Source: Candidatus Bathyarchaeia archaeon (lineage in GTDB: Archaea; Thermoproteota; Bathyarchaeia; Bathyarchaeales; Bathycorpusculaceae). Taken from it: DNA of 64,000 bases. Of this stretch, positions 28,629 to 37,511 are shown piece by piece. The notes beneath the pieces were generated by a model. The model made no database searches. It was not told the origin of the DNA and worked only from the letters and a program-made list of their open reading frames with translations. The translations under genes and the position numbers were made by a program. Position 1 is the first letter of the stretch; the number at the start of each line of letters is the position of its first letter. Location: the NCBI GenBank assembly GCA_050012255.1, contig JBEKHN010000007.1, forward strand, positions 1 through 64,000. Direction: 5' to 3'.

Positions 28629-29620
28629 AGAGAAGTATGGATAAGACGAGAAAGTATGTCTATGGAATTGTAGGATCAGCAGATGAAGAGAGCTTCGGCC
28701 GCATTGGCATTGACAACAGCGAGGTGTGTGTAGTTCGATACGAAGATATTGGCACCGCAGTTAGTGATGTCCCTGAAAGCTTGAAGATTGACGTAGAAGA
28801 GGCTGGGGTTCACGAGAAGGCATTGCAGAAAATTATGGAGACTCACACAGTAATCCCCATTGGTTTTGGCGTCGTAGCCAGAGATGAGACAGAGATAAGA
28901 AACGTTTTGAAGCGAGCTCGAAAGAAGTTCCAGCACATCTTGAGAAACATAGACCACAAAGTCCAGGTCAACGTCAAGATTTCATGGGACAAAGCAATCC
29001 TAGTATCCATTCTGGAAGAAAACGAAGAAATACGAACATTGAGCAGAGAAATAACGGAGAACAGCGACCAGTCGTTAAGAATTGAGCTTGGAAAGAAAGT
29101 CAAGTCAGCCCTGGACAGGAAGAAAAACGAATACTTAGAGAATATAGAAATCGCTTTGAAGAGTTTGGCGGATGGGTTTAAAGAAAACAAAATCGTTGAT
29201 CATGACACCTTAATGAGCGCTTCTTTTCTGGTTGAAAAGAGACAAGGACAGGAATTCAATGCTAAATTAGAGGAATTGGAAAGAAAGTACAAGGGGAAAC
29301 TTGAGTTCAAAAGCCTCAGTCCTCTGCCGCCATACAATTTCGTGAATGTTGAAATGAAAAGGATAGATTTCAAGGCTGTAGAAGGAGCACGAAGAATCTT
29401 GGATCTTGGTCAGGAAATAAGCATATCCGAAGTAAACTCAGCATACGATCTGCTTGCGCGGGAATGTCACCCAGACCTCCACTCAGACGACCCCCTTTCT
29501 GAAGAGAAATTTAAGAAGCTCAAAGACGCACACGAATTGCTAATAAAATACTGCGAGCATTATCTCTGCTCTCTCGAGAAATCCAAGGTTGAAGAAACTC
29601 TCCTTATACAAGAAAGTTAG
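28625..29620 (+). CDS. GvpF/L family protein with C-terminal J-domain
   Basis: YVYGIV, TVIPIGFG, PLPPYNF, then ILDL...AYDLLARECHPD...EKFKKLKDAHELL. Confidence 0.9.
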   Translation: MKRSMDKTRKYVYGIVGSADEESFGRIGIDNSEVCVVRYEDIGTAVSDVPESLKIDVEEAGVHEKALQKIMETHTVIPIGFGVVARDETEIRNVLKRARKKFQHILRNIDHKVQVNVKISWDKAILVSILEENEEIRTLSREITENSDQSLRIELGKKVKSALDRKKNEYLENIEIALKSLADGFKENKIVDHDTLMSASFLVEKRQGQEFNAKLEELERKYKGKLEFKSLSPLPPYNFVNVEMKRIDFKAVEGARRILDLGQEISISEVNSAYDLLARECHPDLHSDDPLSEEKFKKLKDAHELLIKYCEHYLCSLEKSKVEETLLIQES

Positions 29621-29650
29621 CTGAACTATCCTCCGGGATGGCAGATTGGA

Positions 29651-31570
29651 ATGAGCCGAACAGTAGGAATAGACCTCGGAACTACCAACTCTGCTGCAGC
29701 TGTGCTGAAAGATGGTAAAATAAGGCTTGTTCCAGCATCTGAAGGAGCGACTCCATATGGAAAAATGTTTCCCTCTGTCGTAGCTTTTAGAGAAGATGGC
29801 GAAATAACCATCGGGAAAAACGCGCAGACGTACGCTTACATTCGTCCTGACAGGACGATAAGATGGATCAAGAGACAAATCGGCACAGACTACGCTGTAG
29901 AGATAGATGGTCACAAGTACACACCTCAAGAGATTTCTGCGCTCATGATAAAGAAGATAAAAGAAGATGCTGAAACGTACCTAGAAGAGAAAATAGACAA
30001 AGCGGTAATCTCAACTCCCGCGTATTTCAATAACAACCAAAGAAACGCTACAAAAGAGGCGGGAGAAAAAGCAGGGTTAAAGGTTTTGCGAATTATCAGC
30101 GAACCGACGGCAGCCTCATTAGCTTACGGTCTAGACAAGATTGGCCAGAACCTGAAAATCGCGGTGTTGGATCTGGGCTCTGGAACCTTTGATGTGACGA
30201 TCCTGCAAATGAGTAACGGAATTTTCAAAGTCCTGTCTACAAGCGGAGACACCCATCTCGGTGGTAAAGACATGGACGACAGAATTCTAGACCACCTCGT
30301 CAAGGAAGTCGAAGAAAGATACAACGTTAACGTACGAAATGACCAGATAATTTTGAATAAGCTCAGAGACGCTGGTGAACTAGCCAAGATTCATCTGTCT
30401 AGCAGGCGTTCAACAATCGTAAAGACTCGGATCAGCATCGAAGGGACAGAAATCAACCCAAGCATCGTTCTAACACGAGACAAGCTAGAGGAACTCATAA
30501 AGCCTGAAATTAATAGGCTCCAATATCCGTTGGGACAAGCCTTGAAAGATTCCGGCCTTGATTCTCAAGACATAAATAAACTCATTCTCGTGGGCGGACC
30601 AACCAGAATGCCAATAGTTAGAAAATACTTCAAAGATTTCTTCTCAAGATTAGAACCTGAGAAGGGCATAGATCCGATGGGGATCGTTGCAATTGGCGCT
30701 TGTATACAGGCAAGCGTTCTGGAAGGTGAAATGAGAGATATGCTCTTGCTGGATGTTACTCCTCTGTCCTTAGGCGTCGAGACCTCTGGTGGAATATTCA
30801 CCAGGTTGATCAAGAGGAATACAACAATTCCAGCCGAGGCATGCATGGTTTTTGCAACGGAAGAAGACGACCAGACTTCAATGATGATCCACGTTCTACA
30901 AGGAGAAAGGGAGATGGCGAAGGACAACATATCACTAGGTTTGTTTAAGCTAGATGGCATTTTGCCAGAGCCCAGATACGAACAGAAGGTCGAAGTCACC
31001 TTCAAAATCGATGCTAATGGCATACTGGGCGTCTCTGCCGAAATTCTGGAGACCGGGAAAAAAGAAACGATCAAAGTATTAAAGTCGACAGCGCTGTCAG
31101 CAGAAGAAATCACCAGAATGGTCATCGAGGCAACCAAGTTTAACGATTTAGACGAAAAGAGAAAAGAGATCATCGAAATCCGTTGCCGGGCAAAGAATGT
31201 GATTTACGAGGCAAAGAAAGCGATAAAAGAGCTAATCGGAAAAATCACTGAAAACGAAAAATGGACTCTGGAAGAAACTTTAGGCAGACTTGAGAGGGCG
31301 TTGAATAGCAGCAATGCTCAGAAAATCGAAGACTACATTGATACGTTAGTGGAGCAGACCAACGGAATGACGATGAAGGTGAAAATGGTAAGCCAAGCCA
31401 AGATATTGGCCCTTGCAGTAGAGAGAAGACTGAGTGACAACACATCCAGCGAAGAAAGAAGAAAAATCACGGAAACAATAAAGAAACTTGAAGAAGCGCC
31501 ATACAGAGACACCGAAAAAGAGATGAACAAACTGAAAGAAATCATAACTCTTTTAGAAGCGAGACAATGA
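29651..31570 (+). CDS. dnaK: Hsp70 chaperone DnaK
   Basis: GIDLGTTNS, EPTAASLAYG, DLGSGTFDV, LVGGPTRMP, DVTPLSLG. Confidence 0.95.
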   Translation: MSRTVGIDLGTTNSAAAVLKDGKIRLVPASEGATPYGKMFPSVVAFREDGEITIGKNAQTYAYIRPDRTIRWIKRQIGTDYAVEIDGHKYTPQEISALMIKKIKEDAETYLEEKIDKAVISTPAYFNNNQRNATKEAGEKAGLKVLRIISEPTAASLAYGLDKIGQNLKIAVLDLGSGTFDVTILQMSNGIFKVLSTSGDTHLGGKDMDDRILDHLVKEVEERYNVNVRNDQIILNKLRDAGELAKIHLSSRRSTIVKTRISIEGTEINPSIVLTRDKLEELIKPEINRLQYPLGQALKDSGLDSQDINKLILVGGPTRMPIVRKYFKDFFSRLEPEKGIDPMGIVAIGACIQASVLEGEMRDMLLLDVTPLSLGVETSGGIFTRLIKRNTTIPAEACMVFATEEDDQTSMMIHVLQGEREMAKDNISLGLFKLDGILPEPRYEQKVEVTFKIDANGILGVSAEILETGKKETIKVLKSTALSAEEITRMVIEATKFNDLDEKRKEIIEIRCRAKNVIYEAKKAIKELIGKITENEKWTLEETLGRLERALNSSNAQKIEDYIDTLVEQTNGMTMKVKMVSQAKILALAVERRLSDNTSSEERRKITETIKKLEEAPYRDTEKEMNKLKEIITLLEARQ

Positions 31571-31608
31571 AAAAAAGGGTTAAGGCCCCGCATGGAAATT
31601 CGGAATGC

Positions 31609-31980
31609 CTACGAATCATTCGGAGGATCTTTTCCATTTCTTTTCACGAAGTTCTCCAGATGATTTATTGACAATCTGAACGCCGCGAACGCATTCTGCA
31701 ATCTTTTTCTCCCCTCATTGGTGGGTTCGTAAACTTTCTTCCCTCCCTCAACACGTGATTCTACCAATTTCTTTTCCTCCAACAAATGAAGAAGAGGGTA
31801 CAGAGAACCTGGACTAAGCAAGACGCCGAACTCCTTGTGTATATCCGCCATTATCTTGTACCCGTACATAGGCTTGCCGTTCAATATTGCCAAAACCACC
31901 AAATCAAGGGTTGTTTTAACGTACCTTCCAGAAGTCCTTTCTTCGAGTCGCCCAACGTTTACAAAGTTGTTTGCGGTCAT
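31609..31980 (-). CDS. PadR family regulator
   Basis: PMYGYKIM...EFGVLLSPGSLYPLL...KKVYEPTNEG. Confidence 0.9.
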   Translation of the reverse strand: MTANNFVNVGRLEERTSGRYVKTTLDLVVLAILNGKPMYGYKIMADIHKEFGVLLSPGSLYPLLHLLEEKKLVESRVEGGKKVYEPTNEGRKRLQNAFAAFRLSINHLENFVKRNGKDPPNDS

Positions 31981-31998
31981 AAATTCCCTTCTTAATTT

Positions 31999-32041
31999 TT
32001 CGTGTCGATTTCTGTTACTACTACCGATTGTCTACCGATTG
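31999..32041. promoter_or_regulatory. Possible operator of padR (TTCGTGTCGA) and tandem CTACCGATTG repeat
   Basis: One mismatch from TTCGTATCGA; direct repeat at 32021-32030 and 32032-32041. Confidence 0.4.
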
Positions 32042-32507
32042 CATTCTTAATGGTTATGAACTTCAAATATGAATCAGGGATATGTCTACCACGCGCATTA
32101 CGGTTTCCTTCACTGATGTCTCACCGAAATGGAGCTTATGCTAAATATCCCAAAACGAGTGAGCGTGCATGCGCGTTATTGAATTCTTTTTCTGGGTGTG
32201 ACAGGGCTGAATGAAGTGTCTCACAGCATTTTTGCGGCTTAAATTATTGTCACCACAAATAAAGTAGGCAAACCCAAAAGAACGGAACCCTTCAGAAAAG
32301 CGAATTAGGACCAGGCCAATAGCGGTGAACGCGCGCACTTTGCATCGTCAACGGCAAATGCTTAGGTGACGTGAAAAAGAGAAACCAGTCCACAATCTTC
32401 GCCCACCTTAATCTCACGCTCTTGCAGCGGATTAATCTCTAAACTCAAAGAATCTAAACTAGGATTGACATAACTACGATCAAGATGGCTTATTAGGTCC
32501 ATGATGG

Positions 32508-32623
32508 TGGTGCCGGGGGCGGGATTCGAGCCCGCGACCTCTGGACATCAGGCGCTCACATGCCCCGTTCTTTGTTCTCCAGATTATGAGTCTGGCGCCC
32601 TGGCCAGGCTAGGCTACCCCGGC
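32508..32623 (-). tRNA. tRNA-Met(CAT), elongator type, 38-nt intron at 45/46 (32539-32576), CCA encoded
   Basis: GCCGGGG acceptor; CCAGA-CTCATAA-TCTGG anticodon arm; T-arm GCGGG-CTCGAAT-CCCGC. Confidence 0.92.
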
Positions 32624-32864
32624 CGTCCTGCCTTGGCAAATTTGGATTAGCTAAGCCTTGATTTAAGGGTATTTGGTTCCTCACTTTTTCCCGAAACCGC
32701 TCATCTATCTTTGCTCAGAGACCGGTTTTGTCCCGTTTGAAGTCATGATTCTTTGGTAGACATTGCTGGCTCCGCAGAGCGTCTCGTAAGGTTTTCTTTT
32801 TTGGGAATATTGCGGTTACAGAATAAAGTATTATATATTAAGATACCCTGTATGCCTTAAGAGG

Positions 32865-33182
32865 GTGAGCCAGATGTTGGAAAAAACGGAGATAGGCGAG
32901 CACACCGACCAAGATGAAGAGACCGATATAAGAGAGAAGATAGAAATCACCCTGCGCAGGCTGCAAGAATTGAAAGGAAGAGTGGCGGAACTGAAACGCA
33001 GATGCGAAGAACTCCGACAGATGGAGTCAGAGCGCACGGAAGAAGAAGACGTGGAAAACACGTTGCGGTGCGACAAGTGCGGACGCGCACTGGACCCAGA
33101 GCAGCAAGTTGCGGTCAAAGATTCTGACGGCGTGGAGCGAAGCCACTACCACAAAGAGTGCTTCCAGACATTGTTCAAGTGA
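32865..33182 (+). CDS. Coiled-coil + C-terminal Zn-finger hypothetical protein
   Basis: CDKC...HKEC. Confidence 0.7.
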   Translation: MSQMLEKTEIGEHTDQDEETDIREKIEITLRRLQELKGRVAELKRRCEELRQMESERTEEEDVENTLRCDKCGRALDPEQQVAVKDSDGVERSHYHKECFQTLFK

Positions 33183-33209
33183 TAAGGCTCAGTTCGAGAA
33201 CGGAAAAAT

Positions 33210-33917
33210 CTATTTCTTCTTCAGCTTCTCTACGCCAGAACTCTTTCCAATGTACACTATGTCTGCCATTCCAACGAAGAGCCCCGTCTCCACGACTCCT
33301 GAAACAGCTTTTAGGTCTCGTGCCAAGTCAGTAGGCTTGCGTATAAGTCCAAAATCCACGTCGAGGATCACGTTGCCGTTGTCCGTTATGACCGGCCCAA
33401 CTTTTCCCGTCCCTTCCCTGATGATAGGCGTTCCACCGATCTCTTTCAGTATGCGCATCGCGAAAGGCAATGCCAAAGGCAACACTTCTATCGGCACTGG
33501 CTGACCGTTTTCACCGAGTACTCTAACCTTTTTACTCGCATCTGCAACGATGATGTTCTGCTTGGAGGCGCAGGCAACAATCTTCTCGCGCGTCAAGGCC
33601 CCGCCCATCCCTTTGATCAGGTTCAATTCCACATCAACCTGGTCTGCACCGTCAATCGTCACATCCAACACAGGATGCTCATCAAGCGTCGTTACTGGAA
33701 TTCCATGCTTGACGGCAAACATGAAAGCTTGATACGAGGTTGGAACGCCAAAAACGTGCAGTCTCTTGCGTGCAATTTCGCTTCCGATCTCTTCGATGGC
33801 GTAGGCCGCCGTGCTACCGCTTCCCAAGCCCACGATGAAACCGTCTTTCACGTGTTTGACGGCTTCCAAGGCCGCCATTTTCTTCGCCGTTTCAACCCAT
33901 TCGCTCTTAGGATTCAA
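33210..33917 (-). CDS. rpiA: Ribose-5-phosphate isomerase A
   Basis: GLGSGST, DGADQVD, IKGMGGALTREK, ITDNGN, GVVETGLF. Confidence 0.97.
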   Translation of the reverse strand: MNPKSEWVETAKKMAALEAVKHVKDGFIVGLGSGSTAAYAIEEIGSEIARKRLHVFGVPTSYQAFMFAVKHGIPVTTLDEHPVLDVTIDGADQVDVELNLIKGMGGALTREKIVACASKQNIIVADASKKVRVLGENGQPVPIEVLPLALPFAMRILKEIGGTPIIREGTGKVGPVITDNGNVILDVDFGLIRKPTDLARDLKAVSGVVETGLFVGMADIVYIGKSSGVEKLKKK

Positions 33918-34605
33918 TCTCCATCTGCCCCAGCCTGTCTAGAACCTTTTCCACTTCTGACCGGATTTCCTCAATCCTTTTTTCAGCTTCAGTCCTTGGA
34001 CTGGCCTTGGCCGGCGCTTGTTTCTTCTTTCTCTTGGCCTTTTCTTCGGCGCCAGCTTTCTCCTCCGAACCCGGTGTCTCGGCTTCCGCAGTTTTAGGTG
34101 CGATAGCTATCTCCTTTATCGATCTAACCTCTGTTTTGGAGCGCAGTTCGTCGATTTTTGAGGTGAGTTCGTCGAAGCGGTCGCTGAACAGTTTCATCAG
34201 GTCTTCTTGCATGGTTTCAAGCTCATGCAGAGCAACTAGAGACTCGTCCTTCGAAATAGCGTCCTTCACGGTCATCATTCTGGACTTGTACGTCTGTGCG
34301 AGTCTCTCCCTCTCTTCCTCGGTTATTTTTCCTTCGGCATGAGCCTCGTACAGCCTCCGGATAGCGTCGCTTAGGATTTCCCTCTCCAAGTCCAATATTC
34401 GCAGCTCGTCTCTGGCGTGTGAAGCATCTTCTGTTGGAACACTCTTAACGACCTTGAAGGGATAGCCTCTAAGTTCAGGTGGAACCATTGCCTCTTTGCG
34501 GATTCTCTCCTTCTTCGGCCGCTTTCTCATCGCGAAAATCACGATTACACAGGCGATAATTGCCCCTACTGCGATGAGTGTGATTGTTAGGGGATCAAGG
34601 GACAA
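33907..34605 (-). CDS. Membrane-anchored coiled-coil protein
   Basis: N-terminal TM, long coiled coil, overlaps rpiA start. Confidence 0.75.
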   Translation of the reverse strand: MSLDPLTITLIAVGAIIACVIVIFAMRKRPKKERIRKEAMVPPELRGYPFKVVKSVPTEDASHARDELRILDLEREILSDAIRRLYEAHAEGKITEEERERLAQTYKSRMMTVKDAISKDESLVALHELETMQEDLMKLFSDRFDELTSKIDELRSKTEVRSIKEIAIAPKTAEAETPGSEEKAGAEEKAKRKKKQAPAKASPRTEAEKRIEEIRSEVEKVLDRLGQMEIES

Positions 34606-34726
34606 TAACCAATTCCCTCTCTATCTTCATTGCTTACTGTCCATATATAAATTGTTTAATCGAATCGCACGGAAGGTTCCGCCCCGTAACAAAAAAGATT
34701 TCAGCCGAGACTACCAGTTTCTACTG

Positions 34727-34969
34727 CTATTTGACGAGGACGCCGACGAGCTTAACCCTTTCAACAACGTCATCTCCGTGAGGCGCGAGCGCCATCTCTT
34801 CCGTCAAGTCTCTCCCAGCCGCGTGCTCACCCTGATGGTCACCTCCCGTCCAAAGGAAATCATCCGTGACATCGTAGACCTTGCCTTTGTAAGCTACGTA
34901 AGCCGGCCTTCCATCCTTCCCATCATGGTTTTTCAGTTCTTCCAGCGTGAACTTTCTCTCAGCACTCAC
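34727..34969 (-). CDS. Cytochrome b5-like heme/steroid-binding protein
   Basis: FTLEELKNHDGKDGRPAYVAYKGKVYDVT...HAAGRDLT...APHG. Confidence 0.92.
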   Translation of the reverse strand: MSAERKFTLEELKNHDGKDGRPAYVAYKGKVYDVTDDFLWTGGDHQGEHAAGRDLTEEMALAPHGDDVVERVKLVGVLVK

Positions 34970-35052
34970 GACATCATCACTCTGACGAATTAAACGATTG
35001 AAGGTTATTTGAGATTTGCGGACCGAAGCAGAGAACCGCCATGAAAGAAACA

Positions 35053-35130
35053 TGGAGCCTCGGGCGGGATTTGAACCCGCGACCCCCGCCTTACCAAGGC
35101 GGAGCCCCAACCGAGCTAGGCTACCGAGGC
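35053..35130 (-). tRNA. tRNA-Thr(GGT)
   Basis: GCCTCGG acceptor; CCGCC-TTGGTAA-GGCGG; TTCAAAT; TCCA. Confidence 0.95.
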
Positions 35131-35370
35131 ACACGTGCACACCCTATTAGTGACAAACGGTTTCTTATGTTTTGAGGCTTCCAGAACCCTTCAAGTCAAG
35201 AAACGATCCTTGTAGCAGGCGTTGAAAAGAATAATGTTATCGCATTAAGGTTTGGAAGTCATTATTTGCATGTGTTTTGTTGGTGTAATGGTTCAACGTG
35301 TGCCCACTGCTGGATAGAACTTAGTATCAGAATTCTTAAATACAATGAACACGCAGTACTAGTCTAGACG

Positions 35371-36981
35371 TTGGGAGACGGGAGAATGGACAAGAGAAAG
35401 GCAGCAGTGTTAATAGTGCTCTTTCTCATGGTTCTTTCCCTAGTCAGAATGAACCCGTCTGTTAAAGCCGACCTGGGAACCCCTATCGACAGCGGATGGG
35501 CCTCGCCACCGCCAGTCATAAATGGAAATATCACGGCGGGCGAATGGGCAAATGCAACGGTTCGTGATTTTACAATCCAAATGAGAAGCCGATTAGACGG
35601 TAGTATAAACAAGACACTCAATGGCAGATTGTATGTTGAAAACAACTTGACTTATGTCTTCTTGGCGGTCCAGATTTTCAACGATGACTATGAGGCGCAT
35701 GACTTCGGCGGTCACTGGAAGGGGCTTGCTGTTTTGTTTAGCGATAATGACAGTAGCACTTTAGTCGTAGGCGATAACGGAGAGGGAGTTACCACTTATG
35801 TTTCCTCACCGTTCTATACAAATAACGATCTATATTACACCGGAGGCGGACCTGGCGCCTGGGATGCAGACGTTAGTGCTGGCAAAACCAACGACGGATC
35901 CATGAAATGGTCGCACACTAATGCAACCCAGGGTGCGCTTGGAAACTGGACCTTCGAGATGATGATTCCGCTTGTTGGAAGTGACGGGTCCTCGTACGAC
36001 TTCAACATCACTAGTCTGCCGTATACGGTCGGATTCAAAGTATGGTTCGAAGACAACTTCTACACACTGGATGCAGTTTACCCCGATGATCCGACAATTG
36101 CTAAGAGCATTTATCAAACATCAAATGCCTCGACTTTTGGCGATATTACATTCTATCCCTTATACAATCTAACTATGGTCACGACCATAGGTGGAACAAC
36201 AAACCCAGCTCCTGGACTGCATCAGTACGCCTACAACACAGTCGTCACCGCTACGGCAACTCCCGATCCCTGGTACGCGTTTGACCACTGGGAACTTGAC
36301 AGTGTCAACGTGGGAACAACCAACCCCTACAACGTCACGATGAACCAGAACCACACGTTGAAAGCCTTCTTCCACCCTCTATACGCGCTGAACATCACCA
36401 CAACCGCCGGGGGAACAACAACCCCAGCTCCAGGCACGTACATTTACGACAACGGAACACTCGTCAACGTGACAGCAACAGCGAACCTTGGATACGACTT
36501 CGACCATTGGATACTTGACGGCTTTGACGTGGGCACGAGCAACCCGTACCACGTTTTGATGACTCAGAACCACACGTTGAACGCCGTGTTCGTGATCCTG
36601 CCCTCAGTCACCATCAGCCCCACAGCCATCACTATAACCCTTGGAAACTCTGTCCTGTTTACCTCAATCGTAACAGGGGGAACAGCTCCATACTCTTACC
36701 AGTGGTACTTGGGCACGAGCCCATACCTAGGTGCAACATCCAGCTCATGGACATTCACTCCAGGATCAATCGGCACCTACTACGTGTATCTAAACGTGAC
36801 AGACCTCAGAGGCCGAATCGCCGTCTCCAACACTTCAAAAGTCATCGTGATCCCCATCGCAGTAGGAGGATACACCGTTTCGCTGGAGAGAACAGCGTCA
36901 ACCCTTCCGATCTTCTGCTACGGCGCGCTCATCGCAGCCTTCGGAACTGTAACTAGCATAATTAGACGCAAGAAAAAGTGA
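35371..36981 (+). CDS. Secreted cell-surface protein (CBM9/DOMON-like, two InlB-B-like repeats, PKD-like, C-terminal anchor)
   Basis: Signal peptide; two ~73-aa repeats (YxLxxxTTxGGTTxPAPG...NHTLxAxF); AVGG + TM + RRKKK. Confidence 0.8.
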   Translation: MGDGRMDKRKAAVLIVLFLMVLSLVRMNPSVKADLGTPIDSGWASPPPVINGNITAGEWANATVRDFTIQMRSRLDGSINKTLNGRLYVENNLTYVFLAVQIFNDDYEAHDFGGHWKGLAVLFSDNDSSTLVVGDNGEGVTTYVSSPFYTNNDLYYTGGGPGAWDADVSAGKTNDGSMKWSHTNATQGALGNWTFEMMIPLVGSDGSSYDFNITSLPYTVGFKVWFEDNFYTLDAVYPDDPTIAKSIYQTSNASTFGDITFYPLYNLTMVTTIGGTTNPAPGLHQYAYNTVVTATATPDPWYAFDHWELDSVNVGTTNPYNVTMNQNHTLKAFFHPLYALNITTTAGGTTTPAPGTYIYDNGTLVNVTATANLGYDFDHWILDGFDVGTSNPYHVLMTQNHTLNAVFVILPSVTISPTAITITLGNSVLFTSIVTGGTAPYSYQWYLGTSPYLGATSSSWTFTPGSIGTYYVYLNVTDLRGRIAVSNTSKVIVIPIAVGGYTVSLERTASTLPIFCYGALIAAFGTVTSIIRRKKK

Positions 36982-37222
36982 CAGCTCCAATCGCCCCAGA
37001 ACGGTGCTGCTTTTCTGGTGAGAACAAACCAAACAACGACGAAGCCCAAATTCCTCAAGAAACCTGTCAACAGCCAACTCATGCGGCACCTTTTTTTATG
37101 GCTGATGATTCTTGATTCTTCAATTACAATACAGACCGTTTCTTGGGCTTTAAAAATTCCTGAACCCCACAACTAAACAAATATAAAAGAAAACACAGTT
37201 TCAACATCTGAAGACCACCATT

Positions 37223-37340
37223 GCGGGGGTGTCCGAGTCTGGCCAAAGGAGACAGGCTTAGGAAAGCGTCGACGATGCACGAGCTTTATGAAACCTGTTG
37301 CCGCAGGGCTGCGTGGGTTCAAACCCCATCCCCCGCACCA
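37223..37340 (+). tRNA. tRNA-Leu(TAG) with canonical 30-nt intron (37263-37292)
   Basis: GCGGGGG acceptor; ACAGG-CTTAGG^A-CCTGT; BHB bulges GGA/AAA; long variable arm; CCA. Confidence 0.92.
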
Positions 37341-37511
37341 CAATTTCAGCCCTATTTCAAGCTTATTTCAGCTGAACAAGCACAATTCAAGACGTTGTAA
37401 ACGGGCGCGCGTTTCCTTATTAGTTATCTGAGAATGTGAGGTTAAATGTGAAAGTGTTCCCAAACGCCTTTAGCCCTCATACTAAAGTAAGGCATGTGCT
37501 GTCTTTGAGGG

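Larger units (their letters stand above)
14546..32523. mobile_element. Gas vesicle genomic island at tRNA-Met (no integrase visible inside)
   Basis: Lies downstream of the tRNA-Met 3' end; flanked by a near-direct repeat; self-contained gvp gene set. Confidence 0.6.

Noticed and set aside
34970-35140. N-terminal extension of the cytochrome b5-like ORF
   Set aside because: Runs through the tRNA-Thr gene; GTG at 34969 is the plausible start
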